This document shows positions 48,964 through 58,071 of a stretch of 64,000 bases of DNA, in pieces. The stretch lies in NCBI GenBank assembly GCA_040387835.1, contig JAZKCZ010000002.1, forward strand, positions 183,074 to 247,073, given 5' to 3'. The stretch comes from Myxococcota bacterium (GTDB taxonomy: Bacteria; Myxococcota; UBA727; JABDBI01). Under the pieces are notes generated by a model that was not told the origin of the DNA, searched no databases, and was given only the letters and a program-made list of their open reading frames with translations. Each line of letters starts with the position of its first letter. Position 1 is the stretch's first letter. Both the position numbers and the translations under genes were made by a program.

Positions 48964-50016
48964 TGCTAGGGCCATCAAACCTAACAACAAGAACATTCCT
49001 GCTTGAGTGAGGATTTGTCGTACCCGGGTAGATAACGGACGGCCGGTGGCACCTTCGATCGCAAACATGAGCAAATGACCACCATCTAATACCGGAACCG
49101 GCAGCAGGTTAAGCAAGCCCAAGTTAACGCTGATCAGAGCCATGAGCTGCAAATAGTAAGCAAGGCCCTGAGTCGCCGCTTGACTTGCAACGCCAATAAT
49201 CATTAGCGGGCCGCCCAATTCCTTCGGAGATACTTCCAAGCTCACCAGCATCCACAGTGACAACAAAGTCAGCTCAATAATATCCACGGTTTGAACGACA
49301 GCCAGTCTCATCGCTTCGAAAACACCGACCTGAATTCTTCCTGTTTGCGGATTATCTCCCAAAGCCACACCGATGCGACCGATGGTTTTATTTTTATGGA
49401 GCGGATTTGGATCCGGCTCAGCGTCCGGCGTAACATCGATAACTTTCTTTTCGCCGTCTCTGTCAACTTCAAATGCCAGTTTTTGATTCGGATGCGCTGA
49501 TACTTGCTTAACCAGGTCGCCGAAGGTTTGGATTGGCTTATTATCAATCGCCAAGACCAAATCGCCAGCATGCAAACCTGCATTGAAAGCAGCTTTGTCT
49601 TCAATTACCTGGCCAATCACAGGTTTGTAAATTTCTTGAGAGCCAACCGCGATACCGAAAAACAAAAACAGTGGCAATATTAAGTTGAAGAAAGGGCCGG
49701 CCAAGGCGATGAGCGATTTTTTCCAAAGGGGTTGACCCAAAAAGCTTTTCTTCTTTTCTTCAGGCGTCAGCTCTTCATCGGGCGATTCGCCCAACATTTT
49801 GACATAGCCGCCGAAAGGAAACAGGCTTAAGGCGTACTCGGTGCCACCGCGAACGGTTTTAACTAATTTGGGTCCAAAGCCCACCGAAAAGGTCAAAACT
49901 CGGACGCCTAACATTTTGGCGACCCAGAAATGACCGAATTCGTGGACGACAACCAAAATGCAGAGAAGTAATAGACCAGCTAGTATACCCATGATGGGTA
50001 CCAGCATACTTCTCAA
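48931..50016 (-). CDS. rseP: RIP zinc metalloprotease RseP (site-2 protease)
   Basis: HEFGHFWVAKM HExxH motif; PDZ domain; LDGG motif. Confidence 0.9.
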   Translation of the reverse strand: MRSMLVPIMGILAGLLLLCILVVVHEFGHFWVAKMLGVRVLTFSVGFGPKLVKTVRGGTEYALSLFPFGGYVKMLGESPDEELTPEEKKKSFLGQPLWKKSLIALAGPFFNLILPLFLFFGIAVGSQEIYKPVIGQVIEDKAAFNAGLHAGDLVLAIDNKPIQTFGDLVKQVSAHPNQKLAFEVDRDGEKKVIDVTPDAEPDPNPLHKNKTIGRIGVALGDNPQTGRIQVGVFEAMRLAVVQTVDIIELTLLSLWMLVSLEVSPKELGGPLMIIGVASQAATQGLAYYLQLMALISVNLGLLNLLPVPVLDGGHLLMFAIEGATGRPLSTRVRQILTQAGMFLLLGLMALALFNDVLRLVK

Positions 50017-50843
50017 GCACGAATATTTCCAATGGTATTTTTCGCGGTCTGATGCATGTTAGCCAAAATATTGGACATGATGCTCATGAGCTCGTTCAGC
50101 TTGTTCATTTGTTGTTTTAGCTTTTCAAACTGAATTTGCCTTGAGTCTTCAGAGTTATATCCCGAAAACGAGTTAACGAGTCGCTTCCCAACATCTTGGC
50201 CGACAGCGGCACCTGCAGCACCACCTTTCATCGCCCCTAAGACGCCACCTGCTAGGCCTCCTAAGTCAGCTGCTTTATGAGACACCCAACCTTTGACGCC
50301 CGGATGACCACCGTTTTCAAGAATAGAGATTCGCTCCATCACTTTCTTCTCTTCTTCTCGAGCAATCTTCATCATCACGAAACTTAAGACGTCTTCAAAG
50401 CAGGCATTGGGTCCTAGAGTTTGGGCCATCTCTTCAAACGCCTGTGGATCGCCCAGCAGCGAAGACATCGTTTTTTGTATTTCCGACATCTTTTGGGTCA
50501 TCAAATTCACCATCGACTTTTGCTGCGCAGGGCCAGGTCTCTGATTCCTGGCTGCACTGGGCGCATAACCCCGCGTATGTGTAAATTCTTTTGCCTCTCT
50601 GGTCTCTTTACCTAAGACTTCTTGCGGGGACGGCAAATCCTGAGCCAAGGGTTGGGGTTGCGCATGTGCTTGCATGCCATCCGCTTTCGCAAACAAGTCT
50701 GCGAGAGACACGCCTTGAAGCAGCGCGCTGGTCTGAGTCTTAGCTGCTAAGGCGTCAGGTTTTGCGCCGATAGACGTTGAGGTCAGAGGCAGTTGAAGGC
50801 GGGCAGCGGCTCGTTGTTGTATGACAGGGTTTAAGGTTGGCAT
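50013..50843 (-). CDS. hypothetical protein, Gly/Ala-rich, no TM
   Basis: ORF translationally coupled upstream of rseP (4-bp overlap). Confidence 0.5.
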   Translation of the reverse strand: MPTLNPVIQQRAAARLQLPLTSTSIGAKPDALAAKTQTSALLQGVSLADLFAKADGMQAHAQPQPLAQDLPSPQEVLGKETREAKEFTHTRGYAPSAARNQRPGPAQQKSMVNLMTQKMSEIQKTMSSLLGDPQAFEEMAQTLGPNACFEDVLSFVMMKIAREEEKKVMERISILENGGHPGVKGWVSHKAADLGGLAGGVLGAMKGGAAGAAVGQDVGKRLVNSFSGYNSEDSRQIQFEKLKQQMNKLNELMSIMSNILANMHQTAKNTIGNIRA

Positions 50844-50910
50844 ATGTCTAGGTATCGATGGTTTTCATGAATTAGTTGCGGATTTCTCGGGAAAGGGCGA
50901 CAAATGATCT

Positions 50911-51306
50911 TTGATGGTTTTTGAAGTTGTCATATTGGCGCTCGCCGCTTGGCTCAGCTTTGCCAAAAGCTCTCTGCAAGCTGCCCTTTGCTTGCTTATT
51001 TTGTCGACGGCTCTGGGTTGTTGGCCGCTTTTAATTCCTACCGGATTGCTTTTAACAACGTCCCTTTTAATCCCTAGACCCAATCCAAGACACCAGCGTC
51101 GCCGTTTTCGAGTCAGTAAGTTGATATATGTGTGCTTATTTTTTGCCTTGGGCTACTTTTTTGCTCAGCAGGTCTGGCTATTTAATCCCACCGTTTTAGC
51201 TTCGGCTGAAGCAGTGGCAGAGCTGCGATTAGAGCAGCTGATTTTGCCCTTTTCGTTTTTTGTTTTCGTGTCGTTTCTATTGTTAACGAGGAAATATGTG
51301 GACTGA
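50911..51306 (+). CDS. small polytopic membrane protein (MrpB-like position)
   Basis: Hydrophobic ORF, first in an overlapping five-gene membrane operon. Confidence 0.45.
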   Translation: MMVFEVVILALAAWLSFAKSSLQAALCLLILSTALGCWPLLIPTGLLLTTSLLIPRPNPRHQRRRFRVSKLIYVCLFFALGYFFAQQVWLFNPTVLASAEAVAELRLEQLILPFSFFVFVSFLLLTRKYVD

Positions 51307-51556
51307 GTTCGGTTTAATATTTCTGGGATTTATCGGAATTCTCATGCGGCGAAATCTTTTTGCCATTGGGTTTTCTTTTGCGCTTTTATACCTGGGCATT
51401 TGGTTATGGATGCAAAGGGAACTGCCGGCTGCCACTGTCTTAAGTTTAAGTTTTATCTTTGGCCTATTCATCATTCTATTTGCGGTTGTCGTGATCTTTG
51501 TTTGGAGAAACAGAGGCACTCTGCACTTAGACGAAATTCGCGAGCTGAGAGGCTAA
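51296..51556 (+). CDS. NuoK/MnhC-like small membrane subunit
   Basis: 3 TM with IGILMRRNLFAIGF resembling the NuoK/MrpC RRNL motif. Confidence 0.5.
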   Translation: MWTEFGLIFLGFIGILMRRNLFAIGFSFALLYLGIWLWMQRELPAATVLSLSFIFGLFIILFAVVVIFVWRNRGTLHLDEIRELRG

Positions 51557-51558
51557 TC

Positions 51559-51708
51559 TATGAGAGCGATCTATTTTTTATGGATTCTGCTGCCAGTGAT
51601 TCTAATTAGCTTGGTTCGATTTGCGTTACGCTTATTCTTCTGGGGCGGCATTCAACGCATGCTCACGCTTGTAGCTCTGGGTCTCTTTATGATGGTTTGG
51701 TATTATGT
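51559..51708 (+). CDS. candidate 49-aa membrane peptide
   Basis: ATG ORF filling the gap between overlapping neighbours; hydrophobic; not in the track. Confidence 0.3.
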
Positions 51709-52595
51709 TCAGAATTGAGTTTCTGCCACTAATCCCGGCAGGCATTGCTTTATTACTTAGTTTTGCGCCGACATCGTTTTTAGAAGCTCGTAAATCTATT
51801 AATATTATTCTGCAAATTTTTTGGTTTATTTTTCTAGTCTTTCTCAAAAGGCAGGGGCTTTTGAGCGTTTCTGATTTTAGCTTGCTGAGCGTTCAAATCT
51901 TGGTTTTGCTTGGCGTTAAGACAGAAAACTGGCTTTTAATTGCGCTGTCGACGGCCTCGATTGTTAGCGGCAATTTTCAGTTAGCGCTACTTTTTGCGTA
52001 TCTGCATGTCGTGATGATGTTCTTTATGATTCTTCAAACGGGCGGCCTTTATAAGGGGAGTACTTCTTATCAAAGCATTATTTTTTTCCTAGTTATCGAT
52101 TTGAGCGCCTATTTTTCTCTTTCGGTGTCGCATCCTGCTGCTTATTGGATTGTGCTTCTGCCCTGTTTAGCGCGTACTCTTTTTCTCGTGGCCTCGCCTT
52201 ATGCCCGGACGGTTTTTTATAATTGCCCTACAGAGGTGATGATTTTGCTTTTGGGCAGTATGGTGCCTATTGGCATTTCTTTGCTATCAAAAGTGCCGCT
52301 ACCGTGTCCAAGGCTTGATATCTTGGAGGTCATTTGCATGGGCAGTGCTTTATTTGCCGCAATGCTTTTTTTGATGGAAAGAAGCAGGCGGCAGCGGGCC
52401 ATCTATCTATTTATGGCACAAAGTCCTCTTTGTATCGCCCTCATTCTTAAAAAGCATCCGCTTGGGATGCCACTGTGTCTCTTAGGGATGGTTAATTCGA
52501 TGACTTGGTTGTATTTCCTAGATAAACCTAAAATTCGTTATCTTAACATTGCCCTTGCCGGCACGACCGTTATCTGGTTGGTGTGTAAACAATGA
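51705..52595 (+). CDS. degenerate NuoN/MrpD-family membrane protein paralog (short)
   Basis: 296 aa polytopic; RAIYLFMAQSPL segment resembles the SIAYLCMTQVG segment of the next gene. Confidence 0.5.
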   Translation: MFRIEFLPLIPAGIALLLSFAPTSFLEARKSINIILQIFWFIFLVFLKRQGLLSVSDFSLLSVQILVLLGVKTENWLLIALSTASIVSGNFQLALLFAYLHVVMMFFMILQTGGLYKGSTSYQSIIFFLVIDLSAYFSLSVSHPAAYWIVLLPCLARTLFLVASPYARTVFYNCPTEVMILLLGSMVPIGISLLSKVPLPCPRLDILEVICMGSALFAAMLFLMERSRRQRAIYLFMAQSPLCIALILKKHPLGMPLCLLGMVNSMTWLYFLDKPKIRYLNIALAGTTVIWLVCKQ

Positions 52596-53884
52596 CAATA
52601 GCGCTCATCATACTCTTGGCCGCTGCGTTTACATGTCTGGTATTGGAGTCTTTGAGCTGGATTGAAACTAAAAATCATATTGTGTTGACTGGTATTTTAA
52701 GCGTTGGTGGTGCGGTTTATTTTTTGCTACCCTCGCCGGAGTTTGCTGCGCGGCCAGTCTCGCTGGCGGCGTGTACCATCGTAGCGCTCATGAGCATCCT
52801 TTTATATACTTCTCAACTGCAGTATTCCAAATCGAAAAGGAGCGAAGCCTATGCCTTAATTTTAGTGATATACGCTCTGCTTCTCTGGATTAGCGTGACC
52901 ACCAATTTGGTTCAACTGACGATACTGAGCTCGTTAAGTAACATGCTGTTGGTTGGTCTGACCGCGTTTCGAGGCAACAAACGGATTGCATCGGAGATTG
53001 CTGTTAAGTTTGTTATTTTGGCGCTATTCGTTTTCTGTTTGCTGTGTCTGGCGATCACAATTTCGCAGGGGCAAAATGCCAAGCTCGGGCTTTGTGTTAC
53101 TTGGATTTCTTTATTGTTACTCATTGGCGCTACGCCATTTTTTAATGTGCATGTCGATTATTTAGATGGTGCGCCACCCTTTGCTTCGGTCTTGTTACTG
53201 GGCTCGATGTTGATTGGCGTTGGCTCGTTTATGGTGCAAATGACCAATGCCGGCCTTGATATGAGACTGCAACAAGTGCTCCTTAGTTTTGCTGGCGCTT
53301 CGGTGCTCATTCCGCCATTTTTGGCCTTGGATCAGCAACGCATCGGGCGCTCGATTGCATATTTATGCATGACCCAAGTTGGTGTGTTATTGCTTTTGTG
53401 TCTGTTCAAAGTGCCTAGGGTTGAAATATTCTTTCTGCATATCGCTTTAGCAACCCCGGGGGCGTTCGCGGGCGTCAGGTTTTGGAAGCACGCCAACAGT
53501 TCGGAAAAAAACTGGGAAGACTATGCGGGTGCGGGGCGCAAACATCCGTACGTGGGCTTAAGCTGGCTTTTTATTCTAAGTTCGTTGGCTGGCGCACCGC
53601 TTACGCTGGGATTTTGGATTTATTTGCAATTGGCCGAATCGGCGCATCAATTTGGAATGCCTTGGCTATTGGCGCTCATCGTTTTGGCCATTGTGGTATC
53701 GATGATTCCGGTTGCCCGTCTCGGTGTATTTATGTTTGCCAAACCCACTGGTTTTGAAATGATCAGGCATCATCAACCCCGACAAGGCTTTGTCATTGTG
53801 CTGTGCGCTCTCCTCGTGCTTAGCGCCAAATTCATGTGCTACTGGCTACCTACGGCATATGAGCTTAAAATTTTTTCTCCTTAG
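52592..53884 (+). CDS. proton-conducting membrane transporter family protein (NuoN/MrpD-like)
   Basis: 430 aa, about 12-14 TM; RSIAYLCMTQVG resembles the SS(I/L)xHMG region of PF00361 proteins. Confidence 0.55.
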   Translation: MTIALIILLAAAFTCLVLESLSWIETKNHIVLTGILSVGGAVYFLLPSPEFAARPVSLAACTIVALMSILLYTSQLQYSKSKRSEAYALILVIYALLLWISVTTNLVQLTILSSLSNMLLVGLTAFRGNKRIASEIAVKFVILALFVFCLLCLAITISQGQNAKLGLCVTWISLLLLIGATPFFNVHVDYLDGAPPFASVLLLGSMLIGVGSFMVQMTNAGLDMRLQQVLLSFAGASVLIPPFLALDQQRIGRSIAYLCMTQVGVLLLLCLFKVPRVEIFFLHIALATPGAFAGVRFWKHANSSEKNWEDYAGAGRKHPYVGLSWLFILSSLAGAPLTLGFWIYLQLAESAHQFGMPWLLALIVLAIVVSMIPVARLGVFMFAKPTGFEMIRHHQPRQGFVIVLCALLVLSAKFMCYWLPTAYELKIFSP

Positions 53885-54755
53885 CTTTTCTGCCTGCAGC
53901 TTTGCTTTCAGTATCTGCAACTTGCTGGAGCCGGACAATCTTCAAGCACCAAAAGGTTTTAGCCATCGCGCCAATAGCGCTTTGACTTGGCTTGCGCCGC
54001 ATCATAGCTCGTCCGATATTTTAACAACCATTGGGCATGACGTGGATCTAAACGCCAAGTTCTCGTATGGCCCGCTCAGCACAGATTTAATTGATGAAGA
54101 AATCGAAATCTGGATTGATACTTGCTCAAATAAACTTCAACATCTTGGATCTTTTAAAACCAATGCCGATGGACGCGTGAGTCAAAAATTCTCTGCGGCG
54201 CATTTGCCCAAAGAAGGCTCATTTAGGATTTGGGCAAAAGTGGTCGGGGACAATACGCTCACCAATCTCACACTGCGTATTCTCAAGGAAGGAACCAAAT
54301 TGGCAGTATTCGATATTGATGGCACCCTAACCCACTCCAACGTTAATCAGTCGTTACGAAATGGCTCAGTGGAAGCCACTCAAAAAGTAAAAAAAATGGG
54401 CTTAGAAATACTATATCTTACTGGCCGTCACTATGTTTTAACAAACTACACCAGGCATTTTCTTGCAGAGAGTGGGTATTCAGACGGAACGCTTATATTG
54501 GGGCAGTCTCTGCAAGAGATTGTGCCTAGCAATAGCAATGTGGGGGAATTTAAAGCCAATCGTCTATTAGGCCTAAAGGCGCTGGGATTTATTATCGAAA
54601 GGGCCTATGGCAATGATACCACTGACATCTTTGCCTATCTCAAAGCAGGTATTTCCCCTCAGCAAATCTACATTGCTGGGCCTCATGGTGCACTGGAAAA
54701 TACCATCGCTTTGGGAGAAGACTTTTTAAATCACTTAGCTTTAATCGTTTTTTGA
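53859..54755 (+). CDS. secreted HAD-superfamily phosphatase-like protein (DxDxT)
   Basis: Signal peptide MSLKFFLLSFSACSFA; VFDIDGTLT motif. Confidence 0.55.
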   Translation: MSLKFFLLSFSACSFAFSICNLLEPDNLQAPKGFSHRANSALTWLAPHHSSSDILTTIGHDVDLNAKFSYGPLSTDLIDEEIEIWIDTCSNKLQHLGSFKTNADGRVSQKFSAAHLPKEGSFRIWAKVVGDNTLTNLTLRILKEGTKLAVFDIDGTLTHSNVNQSLRNGSVEATQKVKKMGLEILYLTGRHYVLTNYTRHFLAESGYSDGTLILGQSLQEIVPSNSNVGEFKANRLLGLKALGFIIERAYGNDTTDIFAYLKAGISPQQIYIAGPHGALENTIALGEDFLNHLALIVF

Positions 54756-55267
54756 TTTTTAGCTTTTACTGGATTGGCGGTATTGTAGCGTTTGATGACG
54801 GTGTTGGTGATATCTAGCTCAGGCGTCACGTACAAAACGGTTGCTTCGTTTTTGTTTAGCACCACGCTATAGCCTTCAGCCTTAGCAATGTCTTGGATAA
54901 TGGGGTTTGCTTTTTTGATGATATCACCCATGACATCGCGTTGCTTTTTGACCATTTCTTCTTGCATGGTTGCATAAAGCTGCTGGGCCTCACCAAATTT
55001 GGTTTGAAGCTCCATGCCTTTTTCTTGACGAGCTTGTTCGGTCATGACGGCTGCTTTGCTCTGAAATGATTCTTGCAGCTTTTTCAACTCGGCTTGCTTA
55101 CTGTCTAATAGCTCTTGCTTCTTCTTGAATTCTTCTTGAAGCTTGACCTTAGCAGCCTGACCGTCCGTAACATTGTTAACGGTTTTCTCTAGATCGATAA
55201 CAGCGATCTTCATCTCTGCCTGCAAGTTACAAGCTGCAAATAGGGCGGTTAAAATCATCAAACGCAT
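54731..55267 (-). CDS. skp: periplasmic chaperone Skp (OmpH family)
   Basis: Signal peptide; about 160-aa coiled-coil OmpH-like protein. Confidence 0.8.
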   Translation of the reverse strand: MRLMILTALFAACNLQAEMKIAVIDLEKTVNNVTDGQAAKVKLQEEFKKKQELLDSKQAELKKLQESFQSKAAVMTEQARQEKGMELQTKFGEAQQLYATMQEEMVKKQRDVMGDIIKKANPIIQDIAKAEGYSVVLNKNEATVLYVTPELDITNTVIKRYNTANPVKAKNQKTIKAK

Positions 55268-55337
55268 ATTAAAAATCTCCTGTTTTAAGACATCCTAGGC
55301 GTAGCATGCTTGCGTTTTCATGTTAAGATAAATCCCA

Positions 55338-56660
55338 GTGCGCTTCATTTTCACACTTGTGATTGCTTTGTCTTTAACAGGCTGCCATTCACTGCAGCAT
55401 CGACTCTCCTGGATTAGCAGCGTTTTAAATTCAGCGAGCTCAGCAAAGCATCCGTCACAAGCTGAAATCGATGACTTTTTTGCCTTTGCTCCGCAGGAAG
55501 GACATCCGTTTTTGACAACCGAATTTCAGTCACACGTAGATGTTCGAACAAATTCACGTCTCACCGTAGGCAACCAGATAGACTTATTGCCCAATGCACA
55601 GTCAGGCGACTTAAAATTAGCACTGATCGATAAAGCCACCACCAGCATCTATATCACAACCTTTCAAATCGTCTGTGATGAGGTGGGGAAACAATTCACC
55701 GAAGCGCTTATCAGTGCCGCAAAACGAGGCGTTGAAATCAGATTTTTAGTCACGGGCGGGCCTTGGACGTGGGCATTTTCGGGCAACTGCCCATCAAAAA
55801 TGAGAAAGAACGGCATTGAGGTTGCCACCATGCCGTATTCTTATATAACCAATCACGGTGTGGTTCAGCTGCATGACAAGATCTTTATCATTGATTCAAG
55901 TCTGGCCATTGTCGGCGGGCAAAATATTGGAACTTGGTATGCCAAAAAGAAAGAAGCGGATGGCAACTTCAGGGATACTGACGCCATCGTTTCAGGACCT
56001 GTCATTGAAGACATTCGGGCACGTTTTGCGATGTTATGGCGTTTTGCCAAACCATCGGACAACACGCTAAAAAAAGGCCCACCCCTCAAAATCGAGCGCG
56101 AGAAATATGCATCCTGGCTACAGATGAAACCGCTCAAAGGCGTCTGCCGTTTTGTCTCACAAACACCTTCACAAAAAGAATTTCTGGTTTTTGAAAGCTA
56201 TCGGCTCCATGCCTTGCAAACCCAAAAAAGACTCATTTTTCATTCATTGGCGCTGAATGCTTTTGGAAGCCCTGAGCAAGAAAATTTGTGGCGATCTTTT
56301 AACGACATTAGTAAAGAGCCGGGCAGTGAAATATTTTTGCTGACGAACGGTCCCGGGTTTATCAACTCTGACATGATGCCTTCCTGGGTCGGCCGAATCG
56401 TTGGCTATTATTTTTTAAACAGCGTCTATGATTCACTGAAAGGTACTGCTGTCAAAGGCTTTGCCTATCCAGCATGGCTTCACTCGAAAGTCTATTTTTT
56501 TGACAACCTAGCCATTGGAATTGGAAGTTTTAATTTTGACGAAACCGGCTTGGTATGGACAGAAAGTACGCTTATTTGTCTAGACACCGAGCTAATCAAA
56601 CAGACCCTTCGGATGTTCAAAAGCGATCTGGCCAGTTCTTACAATATTAAAGCGATTTAA
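55338..56660 (+). CDS. phospholipase D-family lipoprotein (two HKD motifs)
   Basis: Lipobox LTGC; HDKIFIID and HSKVYFFD HxK(x4)D motifs. Confidence 0.85.
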   Translation: MRFIFTLVIALSLTGCHSLQHRLSWISSVLNSASSAKHPSQAEIDDFFAFAPQEGHPFLTTEFQSHVDVRTNSRLTVGNQIDLLPNAQSGDLKLALIDKATTSIYITTFQIVCDEVGKQFTEALISAAKRGVEIRFLVTGGPWTWAFSGNCPSKMRKNGIEVATMPYSYITNHGVVQLHDKIFIIDSSLAIVGGQNIGTWYAKKKEADGNFRDTDAIVSGPVIEDIRARFAMLWRFAKPSDNTLKKGPPLKIEREKYASWLQMKPLKGVCRFVSQTPSQKEFLVFESYRLHALQTQKRLIFHSLALNAFGSPEQENLWRSFNDISKEPGSEIFLLTNGPGFINSDMMPSWVGRIVGYYFLNSVYDSLKGTAVKGFAYPAWLHSKVYFFDNLAIGIGSFNFDETGLVWTESTLICLDTELIKQTLRMFKSDLASSYNIKAI

Positions 56661-57091
56661 TAGTTGGTTATCATTGTCGCCAGTTTAATCGTGTTGGCGT
56701 TATTGTTAAAATTTACCTGTGCAGTCACTCGCGCATAGCCAGAGCCAACATTCGCATCTAAAAAGTCGTCTGTTCCAGTATCTGCATCTGGATTTACCTC
56801 AAGCACGGTTACCGTCAGCACATACCCGGTAAAACCCGATACCGGATTTGCATTATAGCCATTTGCTGCAATAGCGGCAATTGTGGACGCGTAGCCGCAC
56901 CCTGCAGCGTTACAGTCGCGTCGCGCCATCACTTTTTCCAACGCCTCCGCGGCAAGATTGGTCGCTACAATGGATTGATCTGCAAGCAAGGACGTCCTTG
57001 CCATGCCAGGAATCGCCATCACAACACCGACAAACCCTGCGCCAATAATCACCATTGCAAGCACACTTTCAACCAAAGAAAAGCCTTTCAT
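56657..57091 (-). CDS. type IV minor pilin/pseudopilin (PilV-like)
   Basis: Prepilin N-terminus MKGFSLVESV. Confidence 0.7.
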   Translation of the reverse strand: MKGFSLVESVLAMVIIGAGFVGVVMAIPGMARTSLLADQSIVATNLAAEALEKVMARRDCNAAGCGYASTIAAIAANGYNANPVSGFTGYVLTVTVLEVNPDADTGTDDFLDANVGSGYARVTAQVNFNNNANTIKLATMITNY

Positions 57092-57540
57092 GGCATCACC
57101 AGTCTACCCGTGTTGGCAGTTACGGTAATCGTCCGAGTAGCCGATCCACTCGATATCGTAACACTGCCCCCTCCGCCCGTGGTTGGTGCCCCCAATTCAT
57201 TAAACTCCACCACGTAGTTGCCGCTGATACTAATGCCCGGATATTTGGTGGATAACGTGATCACCATATTTTGTTTGGTCTGTGGATGTGTAAGCGGCGT
57301 GGCGGTCGTTCCTTGGTAAACCGTGTAGGCGCCCCCATTAACAAAAGAAACACCCGAAGTGACGCCTGTAGAAGAGGCGTTTTGCTTCGCATGTTCGATA
57401 TCTGAATACACTTGCTGAGCCGCAGTATCCAAACGCGTGGTGCTGAGAGACGGCGCATAAACGAACGCCGTTACACTTAATATGCCGGCTAAACCGATAA
57501 CCAGCACCAACTCAGCGAGTGTAAACCCATTCGCCCTCAT
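57088..57540 (-). CDS. type IV minor pilin/pseudopilin (FimT/GspH-like)
   Basis: Prepilin N-terminus NGFTLAELV. Confidence 0.7.
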   Translation of the reverse strand: MRANGFTLAELVLVIGLAGILSVTAFVYAPSLSTTRLDTAAQQVYSDIEHAKQNASSTGVTSGVSFVNGGAYTVYQGTTATPLTHPQTKQNMVITLSTKYPGISISGNYVVEFNELGAPTTGGGGSVTISSGSATRTITVTANTGRLVMP

Positions 57541-57550
57541 GAGCGTGTGG

Positions 57551-57985
57551 CTAGCAAGTTGCGCAGGTAAACAACCCAGTTGCGACAGTATAGGTACAAC
57601 AAGTGTCTGTTCCCGTTGTTACCGTTGAATCCGCATTCATATCAAATGTATATGAAGTGGCCGAACCTTTAATCCATTGAGACGATACACCGTTCTGCAA
57701 GATACTGGTAAAGTGACGATTGGCAGGAGTCGCCGCACCGTTACTCGCACTGTCTAAGGTCGCAGGGTAGCTAACGGTACCATAGGAAGCCATATTTGTA
57801 GCTGCAAAAATCGCAATACCGGTTTGAATCGCACCGACGGTAGCGTTCATGGAGGCAACCCGCGCAGAGTTTAAAGAGCCGGTCAAGAAAGTTGGAATTG
57901 CTGCGACTGCCAAAATTCCTAAAATTGCAATCACCAACACTAATTCGATCAAAGTAAAGCCTTTCATTTGATTCATAGTTATCAT
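57551..57985 (-). CDS. pilA: type IVa major pilin
   Basis: Leader MNQMKG followed by FTLIELV; C-terminal Cys pair (disulfide loop). Confidence 0.8.
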   Translation of the reverse strand: MITMNQMKGFTLIELVLVIAILGILAVAAIPTFLTGSLNSARVASMNATVGAIQTGIAIFAATNMASYGTVSYPATLDSASNGAATPANRHFTSILQNGVSSQWIKGSATSYTFDMNADSTVTTGTDTCCTYTVATGLFTCATC

Positions 57986-58071
57986 TCCCCTAAATACATT
58001 TTAGCATACCTATTGACCCTAAAAGCAAGACCGCTTGATTTTTTATGTTAAAGGAGGCTTAGATATGCGGC

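Noticed and set aside
57986-58071. Glycine riboswitch upstream of gcvPA
   Set aside because: The intergenic region is only 86 nt, AT-rich, and lacks the paired GGAGAG...CACCG aptamer features. It probably holds just a promoter and RBS (AGGAGG).
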